Source: Selaginella moellendorffii (Eukaryota > Plantae > Lycopodiophyta). Taken from it: 64,000 nucleotides of DNA. Each line of letters begins with the position of its first letter. Positions within the stretch are counted from its first letter, which is position 1. The position numbers and the translations under genes are program-made. The stretch is taken from contig NW_003314268.1 of the NCBI RefSeq assembly GCF_000143415.4, forward strand, positions 2,744,494 through 2,808,493, read 5' to 3'. Under the pieces are notes generated by a model that did no database searches, had not been told where the DNA came from, and saw only the letters and a program-made list of their open reading frames with translations. Below are positions 24,197 through 35,400 of the stretch, piece by piece.

Positions 24197-25249
24197 CAGT
24201 GGAGAGAAAAGGAACGTACAGAGAGTATCTGAGGAGGCGTCCTCACCAAGGAGAGTTCCAAAGGCGCTTCTTCAGATGGGAAGGTTGAAGATCCTTTATA
24301 GCAGCAAGGGTCAGGCATTTCGATGCGCTGTGGAAGAAATTTTGCGCTGGTAAGCTTTGGCTATCGTTGAGCAGGTGCCGTAAATCGGAAGCACAGGGTG
24401 GAAAGAACGTCGTCTTTTTTGCCAAGTCGATGGACGACAGATTCATCGTGAAGCAAGTGACGAGGACGGAGCTTCTCTCTTTCCTGGAGTTTGCACCGGA
24501 GTACTTCTTCAATTCTCTAGACTCTGGCAGCCCGACCTGTCTGGCTAAGATTCTCGGGATGTATGAGGTAAAGGTTTGGTCATTCACTAGGAAAGCTCAT
24601 TTCTGGTTTCATTGTTGCTTTCGACGCTAGGTGATCATAAATGGATTTGTTGGTCATGAAAAATCTGCTCTATGGCAGACACGCTACTCGGCTATATGAT
24701 TTGATTCATCCAACACATGTGAGTCTGTTTAGGCAAGTGAATATGTTGCTCTTGTATTCACTACCCTGGAGCAGGGTGCAACATACTTGCCGCAAATAGC
24801 CTTCGTGAATGCCACAGTGGTCCTGCTGAGGGGTTATGTTTCTCAGCTCAAGCCCGGCTCTGGACTAACATGACCTCCAGCTCCAGACCTTCTGAAAGCA
24901 ATGACCTTGAGCTGAGAGACATAACCCCCCAGCAGGACCATTATGTTATCCGTAAATGCTATTTGTGCCAAGTATGTTGCACCTTGCTCCAGGGCAGCCA
25001 ATACAAGAGCAACATATTTCACTTGCCTAAACATGTGGGTCCGGAGCCGGAGGAGAGTGAAAGCAGCAGCCACAACAATTGTGAGCTCTGGGCAGGAATG
25101 CTTTGGAGGCTGAGCCAAGCTCCAAGCTATCTATTTATCCCTTCCATCGATCCATCAATCTACTGATCGACCGGCTTCCTGGGCTGGTATGTATTTTCTA
25201 AAGTTCTTGAAGTTGATGCTCGTTTTCTCTAGAGATTGCGCAAAGTTTG
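24197..25249 (+). pseudogene. Tandem partial duplicate of the FAB1 3' end (kinase fragment plus 3'UTR), with many deletions and an inserted foldback element
   Basis: 24421-24507 is almost identical to 22514-22600. It keeps the intron ending gacgctag and continues into a copy of the stop/3'UTR (ctttggaggctgagc ... ttctaaagttcttgaagttgatgctc). Confidence 0.92.
24726..25033. mobile_element. 308-bp foldback/MITE-like element with about 127-bp terminal inverted repeats
   Basis: Arms 24726-24852 and 24906-25033 (TGTTTAGGCAAGTGAA... / ...TTCACTTGCCTAAACA), 53-nt spacer, flanked by tgtgagtc / tgtgggtc (8-bp putative TSD, 1 mismatch). Confidence 0.75.
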
Positions 25250-25685
25250 TCCACCTTTACTTTAGTTCCAACTAATAGTGATAAAGATAAAGGGCTCTTC
25301 TTACCATCACGAATCCGACACGTACACGTGGCATTGTCTAATTTCTTCATTTGCGCGTTCCAAGCGTTGGAGCGAGCCCCGGGCACGCGGGAGCTGGAAG
25401 GCTTCAAGCCCTAGCCTAGGGCGCGAGGGGGGAGCGAGCGGCCTCGCGCGCTCTCGGCTACCACAGGTACGTGCGTGGCAAGCGATCGCAAGCCCTACGT
25501 CGATCGAATCCGGCGTCGCCCGCCGAGCAGCAGCATTGATCGCCGCCGCCGCGATCGCCTGTCCTGGCCTGGAAGAGGTTTGGATGTAGGTAGGATCATC
25601 AAGAGGGGGCACAGGGATAGCGGGCATGTACATTGCGAATTTGGACCTTTTCGTATGCCTTCCGTGAGACTGGATTTCTGGAAAG

Positions 25686-27746
25686 ATGGAGGGGAAACTG
25701 CGGCGCTTCCCACTCTCGCTCTCGCTCCAGGACCTCCGGACGATCTCGGCACCAGCGGATCTCGAGGCCGCGTCTTCGCTAGACTGTTTCCAAGAGGATC
25801 CCCGTGGAACAGCGTCCAAGAGCTTGGGTTTCAGCCTTCCAGTGTACCATAGACCGGTCAGATGGCGAGTTGCTGCTGGGCTTTTGGTGCTCTCGCTGGT
25901 GCTGCTGCTCTTGTTCCTGGGATTTCTCTGGGGGAGGAGTCTGTGGAGCCAGGAGGAGCCGATCAAGTTCGCGATTGTGATGGACTGTGGCAGCACCAGC
26001 ACGAGAGTTTACGTCTATGGATGGGTTCACAACGGAGGATCTATCCCGGTTATGTATCGGCCACCTTCTCACAGCAGCGCCAATGCGAGAGTGAAGAAGG
26101 CTTACCACCGGATGGAAACGGAGCCTGGCTTCCACCAGCTGCTGCACAACGAGAGTGGCCTTGGCGCTGCTGTCCAGCCGCTGCTCGACTGGGCCAAGCA
26201 GCAGATCCCGGCTCGCTTGCACGGGGAGACGCCGCTGCTTCTCCTGGGAACGGCGGGCTTGCGGAAGCTGGCGACTGTAGACTCGGAGTGGCTGCTGGAC
26301 AAGGCGTGGGGAATCATCGAGAAGTCGCCGTTCAAGTGTAGGCGGAGCTGGCTGAGGATCATCAACGGGGTGGAGGAGGCCTACTATGGATGGGTGGCGT
26401 TGAACTATATCCTCGAGAGGCTGGGACAGGACGAGACGAAGATGACGCTGGGGACTGTTGGTTCTCTGGATCTGGGAGGCTCGTCCCTGGAGGTTACTTT
26501 CGAGCCGGGCGAGCCGATACGGCCAGACTACGGTGTGAATCTCAGCTTTGGTCAGGAGGAGCATCGGGTGTATGCGTACTCCCACTCTGGTTTCGGCCTC
26601 AACGATGCGTTCGACAAGTCCGTGGCGCTCCTCATGCACAACTCGAACGTGAGAAACGGGACTTTGGAAGTGAGGCATCCGTGTTTGCACTCCGAGTACC
26701 AGCAGTCTTACTCCTGCTCGTCGTACTGCGTGGCTCCTCCGTCCACTAACCGGGGAGCAGGCGAAGGTGGCGTTCCTATAGTTTTAGTTGGAGAGCCTCA
26801 CTGGGGAAAATGCCAGGCGCTCGCTCGTTCCGTCATCAACTCGTCGAGATTTACAACGCGGTCAGTAGATTGCGAGCAGAGTAACTGCGCGCTGGGGAAG
26901 TATCAGCCACGGCCGATCGGACAGTTTTACGCAGTGGCTGGGTTTTTTGTCATGTACAAGTTTTTCGGCCTGTCCTCCAAGGCGTCGCTGGACGATCTCT
27001 TGAGCAAAGGACAGGAGTTTTGTGGGAAGCCGTGGCCGGTTGCCAGGGACAGCGTCGATCCACAGGGATTTATCGACCGCTACTGCTTCCGAGCACCGTA
27101 CGTGGTGGCGCTGCTTAGAGAGGGCCTTCACTTGAGGGACGAGCAAGTAACAGTCGGGCCAGGGGACGTGACTTGGACACAAGGCGCTGCCCTGCTCGAG
27201 GCCGGAGTGCTGGAGAAGAGCTCACGCTCACACAGGAAGCAGAGGTGGTGGTTTTATAGCCCGTCCTTCTTGCTGCCAACGCTGCTGCTTTTTTCGGCGG
27301 CCGCGGTTCTCGTTGTGCTACTTCACTGGTGTGGAAGGCAGGCGTCGTACTCGAGCATTCTTCCGTTTGATTCAAAGCCGGGTGCTGCGAATGGAGGAGG
27401 CTCGCGAGGAGTGTCGCGGTGGCCACTCAACTTCGTGCGGCGTGGTAAGAAAAGCTTCCTTCTGTTTCTTTCATGTCTCGTTTGTTTTCCTTCTGATTTT
27501 GTGAGCGAAACCCGTGCAGGAGTGAAGTCGCCGCAAAGTCCCGCTCCGACGCCGTCCAAGAACATCTTCGAGGATCTTCATGCATCCTCGCCGCTGCTCT
27601 TGGAGGGTGATGCGCTGAGATTGCCACCGGCGGGTCCTGGACTGGGCCGAGCACAGCATCTCGCCAGCGCAATGATGCAGCTCAAGGTCGGCTCGCGGCT
27701 GCAGAGTCGGAGAACTTTGTCCAAGGAAGATCTTAACAACTTATAA
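25686..27746 (+). CDS. APY7: GDA1/CD39 apyrase (APY7-like), two TM segments, probable intron about 27445-27518
   Basis: ACR motifs DCGSTSTR, GTAGLR, GVEEAYYGWVALNY, DLGGSSLE and WTQGAAL; N-terminal RFPLSLSLQDL and C-terminal LQSRR.LSKEDL as in APY7-type proteins. Confidence 0.9.
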   Translation: MEGKLRRFPLSLSLQDLRTISAPADLEAASSLDCFQEDPRGTASKSLGFSLPVYHRPVRWRVAAGLLVLSLVLLLLFLGFLWGRSLWSQEEPIKFAIVMDCGSTSTRVYVYGWVHNGGSIPVMYRPPSHSSANARVKKAYHRMETEPGFHQLLHNESGLGAAVQPLLDWAKQQIPARLHGETPLLLLGTAGLRKLATVDSEWLLDKAWGIIEKSPFKCRRSWLRIINGVEEAYYGWVALNYILERLGQDETKMTLGTVGSLDLGGSSLEVTFEPGEPIRPDYGVNLSFGQEEHRVYAYSHSGFGLNDAFDKSVALLMHNSNVRNGTLEVRHPCLHSEYQQSYSCSSYCVAPPSTNRGAGEGGVPIVLVGEPHWGKCQALARSVINSSRFTTRSVDCEQSNCALGKYQPRPIGQFYAVAGFFVMYKFFGLSSKASLDDLLSKGQEFCGKPWPVARDSVDPQGFIDRYCFRAPYVVALLREGLHLRDEQVTVGPGDVTWTQGAALLEAGVLEKSSRSHRKQRWWFYSPSFLLPTLLLFSAAAVLVVLLHWCGRQASYSSILPFDSKPGAANGGGSRGVSRWPLNFVRRGKKSFLLFLSCLVCFPSDFVSETRAGVKSPQSPAPTPSKNIFEDLHASSPLLLEGDALRLPPAGPGLGRAQHLASAMMQLKVGSRLQSRRTLSKEDLNNL

Positions 27747-28108
27747 TGCTCACTCACTGGTAAGCTCAGCCATTTTCCTGTTCTTCTGGTTCCAATGCGT
27801 TCTTAGTGTTTCTTTACTTGTGTTCCTCGTTGTTTCGTTAGTGTTGTGGTTCGCTTTAGTTTTATTTCTTTAGTTTTGTTCTTCGTTTATCCATTCTTTC
27901 ATGGCTCTATTTATTTTCTCCCTTGCAGCCACCATTGATCGATAGCTCCACGGAATTTATATAAGAATTTTTTGCTTGAATAAAAGCCTGAGAACTTAAA
28001 GCATACATTAACAAGCACGTCATCTCCACAAGCTCTTGCTCAACAAGAAATGTATAAACATCAACGTAGAAGCGACAGATCCTTTTTGGTAGAATACAAA
28101 TCGAATCT

Positions 28109-29395
28109 TTACATGACAATCTCTGGCTTCATGATGTTGGCCTTGATCTCCTTGTGTGGAAGAACCACACCACCATTGCTATAAATCTCGTCCGACACAT
28201 GCACGTCCTCGCCAAGGACCGTCATGTTCTCCACACGAGCCCATTGCCCGACTGTGGAGTGCCAGCCGATGATACTCCACGAAACGCACGCGTGCTTCTT
28301 GATCCGGACCCCCCTCATCACCGTGCAGTGCTTGAGCCGGACTCCATCCTCGATCACGCACCCCTGCCCGATCGAAACATCCGGCCCCAAGAGACAGCCT
28401 TGTCCGATGCTGGCACTCTCGTCGATGATCACGTTGTCGACGACGTTGGAGCCGCTCGCGAGTTTCTCTGGAGATTTCTTCCTCAGGGACTCGAGGTAGA
28501 GCTGCAGGCCTGTGATGTAGTCCTTGGGCTGTCCAATGTCCATCCAGAATCCCGGCAGGACCATGGCAAAGAGCTGCTTCTCCTGAGCGATGCCTGGGAA
28601 GACCTCCTTCTCGATCGACGTTGGCCGCAGCTCGATCCGGTCCAGGACGCTCGGGTTGAGGAGATAGACCCCGGCGTTGATCTTGTTTCCGACAAACGTT
28701 TGTGGCTTCTCCACGAATCTGTGAACCAGGCCAGTGTCTTCGTCCAGCACCACGACTCCATACTTGGATGGCTCGTCAACCTTCACAGGGATTCTCTGTT
28801 AGATCTGGAGCAAAGGGAAAAAAGGAACAACGAAAAGGAGGAAGCGAAGCTTACCTGTGTGACCATGATCGAGGCCTCTCCTTTGTGCTGCTTGTGGAAA
28901 GCTATCATTTGCTCCAGCGGGTACTCGCAGATAACATCACTGTTGAGGACGAAGAATGGCTCCCCAGAGCCGTCGAGTAGCTTGTCGCGAGCAAGAGCCA
29001 GAGGCCCCGCAGTCCCCATCGGCTCTCGCTCCTGCGAGCAAGTGATCTTCACGCCCAGCTTCGCCTCGAAATCCTTTAGGAAGCTAAGCATCACCTACAA
29101 GGACAAAGAGAGTGAGCCTTTTCCTACAAATTCCCTTGACAAATCTTACCTCTGGCTGGTAACTGATCGCCAGAACTACCTCCGTGACTCCCACAGCCTT
29201 GAGCGCCTCGATCTACAACACACAAGAGTGAGATCTGGCAGCGGGAGAGCTGGATCTAGCCCCTAGATTGAAATTTCAACGCACCTGGTGGAAGATCATC
29301 GGCTTGTTGGCGAAATCTACCAGCGGCTTGGGCAGGCTGAGCGTGAGCGGCCTCAGCCGGGTGCCAAATCCTCCGACAAGAATCAGCGCCTTCAT
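28109..29395 (-). CDS. VTC1: Mannose-1-phosphate guanylyltransferase (GDP-mannose pyrophosphorylase), 4 exons
   Basis: [33 protein letters not shown]; [14 protein letters not shown]; FVEKP; [11 protein letters not shown]; ends KPEIVM. Confidence 0.97.
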
Positions 29396-29574
29396 CTCTT
29401 CCTTCTTCCTCCTCGCAGCGAAACCTAGGCCTCTAGGGACAAGAAGTTCTTCGCGCCCTTGCTCTAGCAAAATCCTAATTCCATGGCCCTCTTTAAATAA
29501 CCCCCACCAAAAAGGTTGAGCGCCGTAAAGGTACTGGGCGATAATTAGGTCATTGTTTAAGAAGTTACTACCAA

Positions 29575-29662
29575 TCTCAACCGCTAGATCGTATTAAAAT
29601 CCGACGGACCAGAACATAAACTCTCAACCGCTAGATCGTGTTTAATCCAACGGACCAAAAAC
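29575..29662 (+). repeat. Two-copy tandem repeat (about 47-bp period) with AACGG-core (MSA-like) motifs, upstream of VTC1
   Basis: tctcaaccgctagatcgt...aatccgacggacca and tctcaaccgctagatcgt...aatccaacggacca. Confidence 0.7.
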
Positions 29663-29669
29663 GATAAAA

Positions 29670-32218
29670 TCACACGCACTCAGTCTCGAGGCCGTACTCG
29701 AGGAAGTAATTCCGGAATTCTTCCCACACCACGTCCCCGTCGCCGTTGGCGTCGAGCTTCTTATACATGTCTTCCAAGAGTTCCTGTCACAAATCCAACG
29801 AGAAAACTCGTAAGGTTCTCATCATGGAACATGAGAGATTTGCGTAAACTTTTGAGAGATTTGGAGTAAACTTTGAGCATACCTCGGGGACGTTTCGATG
29901 GCCGCACTTGATGTCTGTGAGATCCTCCATCATCAGAAGCAACTCGTCGCGGCTGAGCTTGGTGTCTTTGTTTATGTTGTAGCGGTCCCAGATCCTGTGC
30001 AGCAGGAAGAATGTGAAGAAAAGAGAAAAGAAAAGGGAAGAGACAAACAACCGACCTTCGCAAGTCACCCTCTTGCAATTTGGTGCTCTGCAAATGACAT
30101 ATAAATGCTTTGCCTGGTGCTGCCCAAGACGCGGACAGATAATCCACGGACTGCATGTGGTTGAGTCGCGACACGGTCCTGGCAAACGCAAATTCCTCGT
30201 CTTTTTCTTCGTATGCGGTCGTTCCGCCCTTTTCTTCTCTCGGCTTCACGACTCCAGCAACTGGCTGGTCGTCCTCTAGTCTGCAAAGACAATGAGTCGT
30301 GGTTTTCAATGTTTTTCATAGAAGTACTAACCTTGGGAGGTATAGATCTCCAGGCTGTGCGTCCGCGCTAACGATTAGTTTAACTTTCTGCAAAAGAGAT
30401 TCCTGTGAGATAAACAAACAACCCGCTGAGAGTCAAACTTACATGCTCGTAAAATACATCAACAAGCGTGATGAATCTCCTTGCCTGTAACGCGCACAAG
30501 CGTCGGTCAGAAAACGAGTGGCGAGGAAGTTGTTTACCATTTCAGCATGAGAGCGTGTCATTCTAGGAATGCCGGCGATAAACACGGTATGGAAGGACGC
30601 AGCTATGGCGATGTAGTCGGCTGCGCCTTTGAAAGTTCCACAAAGTTCATAGAAGGTGAAGTATGCAATTCCACCAGCGGCCCTTGGTACTGCACGAGTC
30701 AAGATCGTTAGCTGCAAGGTTTGAGTAAGCTGCTTGGATACATACCAAAGATGGCCCTGTTACTCTCTTTCAAAACAGTCGTAAAAATCGGTCTATCGCC
30801 AGCAAGCTCGAGGAAAGAGCGCTCCAGGGCTTTAGAGGTCTCTTCGTTCAAAGGCATGTGCCATACGACAGACAGGGAACTACCAAAAACCACGTAGATT
30901 AGAAAAAGGCCGGCAAAAATTGCAACTAAAGACAGAATACCTGGAACCATCGGGACGTGCACCTATTAGACGATAGTCTGGAGAGTTTGGACGAAAAACA
31001 TGGACCTCGCAGCGGCTCTTAATAAGCTCTATGCAAGGTAGAAAGAGGTCTCTTTGCAAACCATTTTTGTAGAGCTGTATATGCAAGTAAGCACGTAAAG
31101 AAGAAATTTTCAATCCTTACTTCAGAAGGTGCACGATTCGAGGATGCTACCATCACTGCCCCTGATCGAAAAAGGTTCTCCAAAAGCCTTCTCAGTATCA
31201 TAGCGTCAGCGATATCTATGACCTGCAAGAAGAGAACAGGAGCGTTAATAGTTAGAAACAAAAGTATTTTGAAAGGACAACCAGAGCACGCAGACCAAGC
31301 AGCTTTGGTTCTTACAGAAAACTTATTTACGTGGTGAGGGACAAATGGAGACCACTCCTACTGGAAAAATCAATCAATTACAGTACACACCTGACAAAAA
31401 ATGAAGCGAGATCAGGATCCCTTTAAAACAAACGTCACTGAGAAAGCTCACGCACTTGAAACTCGTCAAAGCAAAGCAGCCAACCAGCCGCCAACAAGTC
31501 CCGAGCTACTAATTCGATCAAGTCGCCTGACTTCCCTTGTCCTTGCAAGCGCTTCTCATGCAATCTACACACACAAGAGTAGAGAATTTGTTCTTTTCTT
31601 CTTCAAGGAAAACAATGTATGTTGAAGTACCTCTTGTGGACGTCGAGCATGAACTGGTGAAAGTGAACTCGTCTCTTACTTCTCACAGGACTACAGTGAA
31701 AGAAGATATCTTGAACGAGAGATTTTCCAGTGCCGACTCCTCCATAGATATACACCCTGCAAACACACCAGTGCAAGTTCAAAGACAAAAGACAAGAAAA
31801 ACACAAAGAAGAAGAAGAAGAAAAAAAATTGGTACCCTTTGGGCGCTTCTTGAGATGGTTTGAGCCGAAAAGCACTGAAGAACTTGGAGGTGAGATTAGC
31901 TGAGGTCGCCGGCTCGTAGCCTTGGAGCTCTCGATGCAAGCGCTCCAGAGGCTGGAGAGCTGCAAGCTGGCCATTGTCGTGCCGAATCGTCCCAGCTTTG
32001 ACGAGCTGATGATAGGCGTCCAGCGGCGCAGTGCCGACTGGAATGTCCTCAATGCGCGCCGTGGAGGAGACCGCGCCATGGAGCTCGTGGAGGAAGCGAT
32101 TGAGCAGCGTGAGTGAGGGCCTGGGCGAGCGCTGCAAGTGGCCGATGCTCAAGAACGCCATGGATGATCGATCTGGAGAAGAAAAGGAAGAGATTGCGAT
32201 CGATCGCAAGCTAGACAT
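29670..32218 (-). CDS. AFG1/ZapE-like ATPase with a C-terminal EF-hand pair, multi-exon
   Basis: GVYIYGGVGTGKS (Walker A), RVHFHQFMLDVH, CFDEFQ (Walker B), SNRAPSELYKNGLQRDLFLP, ARRFITLVDVFYE, FAFARTVSRL.HMQS, then in-frame exons with NINKDTKLSRDE and DANGDGDVVWEE. Start is 32218 or 32161. Confidence 0.88.
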
Positions 32219-32371
32219 CGATAGAGCATTTGCGCCAAACCTCGGCTCCTCTTTCTCAGTGCAGCATCGCCCGCCGCTTCACGCAAAAGCGTTCTTCCTC
32301 GACATTTAAAAAACCTAACGTATATTCTGACGGCATATGCTCTGGGTTTAGCATAGGGACGGAATGTGCGC

Positions 32372-32379
32372 TAGGGTTT
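32372..32379 (-). promoter_or_regulatory. Telo-box (AAACCCTA) in the AFG1/NOL6 bidirectional promoter
   Basis: TAGGGTTT 24 nt before the NOL6 ATG. Telo-boxes are typical of plant ribosome-biogenesis genes. Confidence 0.55.
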
Positions 32380-32402
32380 ATGGGTTAGGGCTTTAGTCGC
32401 CA

Positions 32403-35400
32403 ATGGATTCGGCGCTGGCGCAGCTCAAGCTCGAGGCGCTCCTCGCCGAGATCCGTGTCGATTACGGCGATCTTGAGCCGGCAGTGGATGCGGCGATCGG
32501 AGCGGTCAAGGATGCTCTGATGAAAATCCCGGAGGAAAAGGTACCGCATTGTAGCGCAATGTGATTTTCAAAACATTTTTTTTTTCTCTTGAAGGTTCCA
32601 AGGTCGCTCGCCAGTGGATTCTTGGATGACCTTGGTGTTCCTGAGGACAAGTCTTTGCTCGAGTTTAAGAGACCCGAATCTTTCACTTTAGTCGGTAGCT
32701 ACTCAACACGAACAATGGCAAGGCCTGCTACAGTCGTGGATTTGGCGATGCGTATTCCAAAGGTTGTGCTTTTGTGTTTGCTGTTTTATGACTGAAATGT
32801 TTTTCTTCTTCCTTCCCAGGCTTGTTTCTACGAGAAGGACTACCTTAACCATCGTTACCATGCTAAGCGCGCTCTTTACTTGGCATACGTTTTCAAGATC
32901 CTTTCCAAATGTGGGCTTTTTAAGAGCATCGAGTGGGCATTTCTTCACCATGATGCCCGTAAGCCAGTGTTGGTTCTTCACACAGGTAAATGATCTTTTT
33001 CTTTTGATGTAGCTTTCTAACACTGTATCAGTCAGCCTCAGGAATGTTTGACCTTCGTGTGATACCTACGATCTCTAGCAACGTTTTTGATATCTCGAAA
33101 CTTGACGACGGAAGAAGTAATGTGCATAATGAAGGGACTGGAGAGCCGCTTCAGGCTACACCAAGCTATAACGGTAGCATCCTTGAGGACATGTTTGTAG
33201 AAGAACTCAGCACTGTGGAAAAGAACTTGTTATGCCATTCTGGAAGGTTGCAAGAGGCTGTGATGCTTTTGAAGGTGCGTTTTTTTTGCTTGTTGAGCTC
33301 CCAAGTTCACGTTTCTTTAATGTTTTTGAAGGTATGGTTACGGCAAAGGAGCTCTTATGCTCAGCCGGATACTATGAATGGATTCCTCCTATCGATCATG
33401 ATTCTCCATTTGAGTAGTGTAGCCGGTGGTCAGCGGCTGTCTAATCACATGACGGCCTTGCAAAATTTTCGCGTTTCTTTAGAGATGATCGGTAATGACT
33501 TGCCTTGTGCTTGCAATGCTCTTGGTAATAACTTTTCCCTTACTCAGCGAAGTATGATGTGTTGGGAAAAGGCTTCAGACTAGAACTTCAGGGGACTGAA
33601 AGGAGACCAGCTCTGATGGTAAAGTGATTATGTTCTTTCCTCAATGTTTTATTTGTGACCCACAGGTTGACGAGTCTCGAGTTCTATTTCCTGATACATA
33701 TGGAACGAATCTTTTGTTTCGGATGACAAAGAACTCATTGAAAGAGGTACTAGATGATCGACGTTTTTCGTTTTAACACTCTCCTGTTTCAGCTTAAGCT
33801 TTTTGCGGAGCGTACCCTCGAGGCCATGACCGCTGACAGTGGCTTTCAAGAGTCCTTTCTTGCGGCAGTTGAGTTTGCATCTTACTTTGATTGCCAAATC
33901 AGGTGAGTATGTGTTTTTTCTTGGTACTGGCGATGGACTAGAGTCACTGGTGCACTGCTGATTTTATAGTGCATTTAGCGCTGAAAATCGCCAATATTGA
34001 CGTGTTGCATGAAGATACATGCAGTATTCAAGATGAATTTCTGCTCTATCAAAAGCCAACAGCTCCATAGCATTTCACTGAATCTAATTCTCGTTAACTT
34101 TCAGGCTGGAAATCGACGACACGTCGAAATGTGATTTCTCTAATGATGGGGCGTGGAGAGGAAGTGAAGGAAAGGCTGAGAACGTCCTAAGTAAAGCTTT
34201 GAAAGATAGAACAAAACTAGTGCGAGTTCTCAGGAGAACTATTGCGAGCGGCTGGAATCCAAAGAAGGTAAGGTGGCCGAATCTAGACGAGCTGTATTTA
34301 AATTTATGATTTGCCAGGGTCTGTCGAAGTTCCTGCCCTCGAAAATCCAGATTGGAGCTATACTGAACGACATAGAGAACGCCTACAGAATGGTTGATGT
34401 GGGGCCAAGCGCAGACAAAAAAGAAGAGGTAAACATTTTACTTGCTTTGCGCTCTTTCTAACTCAATGCTGTAGTAGTCAGCAAAATTTCGATCCTTTTG
34501 GGGTAAAAAGGCCGAGCTTCGTAGGTTCAAGGACGGAACAATTGCAGAAGCAGTTGGTAAGCTGAGCTAATCGATGCTGTAAATGCTCACTTGTTTTTAT
34601 TTTCGCAGGGTGGGAGTGTGAACCATGGAAGCGTCATCTTATCATAGCTCGAGTTTCGGAATACATCCTTATCAGGCACTTTGCTGGCGCAGGACCGGTT
34701 GAAACAGTTTCTGACCAACTAGATTTTTCTTTACTAGACAAAAATCAAGGTGCGCGTTTTCTATATCCTCGAGTCTTGCTGTAGTCACAAGAGGTTTTGT
34801 AGATTCTATCGGAAGCACACCTAAGATTTTACAAGCGCTGGAAGAGTTTACAAAGCGCCTCAAAGCGCTTGCTCTTCCTTTAAAAATTTCCTCTGTACAA
34901 CCTATTAGCGCTGGTAAGTCCTAATGCTTTACTGATCATGGTTTATTTATTGTTATTTTAGCTTTCAGGCATGCTGCAGTGTACACACCTCGGCCTAGGC
35001 ATTCTACCAAGGGAGGTGTTGTAGGCGTGTTTTTAGAACCTTTGGAAGTAATGATACAGGTCTGACTCATTTGTCTTCCATAATGAACTGTATCTAATGT
35101 TCTTTTAGTTAGAGGGATCGGGTCGATGGCCAAACGACGTGATTGCAATCAAGAAAACAAAAGCGGCCTTTTGTTTGAAAATTGCGGATAGGTGAAACTT
35201 TTCCATGGATTGGTTTATGGCTGATTTCCTTCGCTTCTTCAGCATGCACAAGCAGTGGCATCTAGATTCTGTTGTATCTGAAGATGCAGTCGACATTTTG
35301 ATGAATGGCTTTGCATTTCGGATTTCTATAGCCTACGAAAAGGATCCCACGCTTATAAAACACAAGGGTAAGGTTACTAGTGTGAATATTTCTAACAGTT

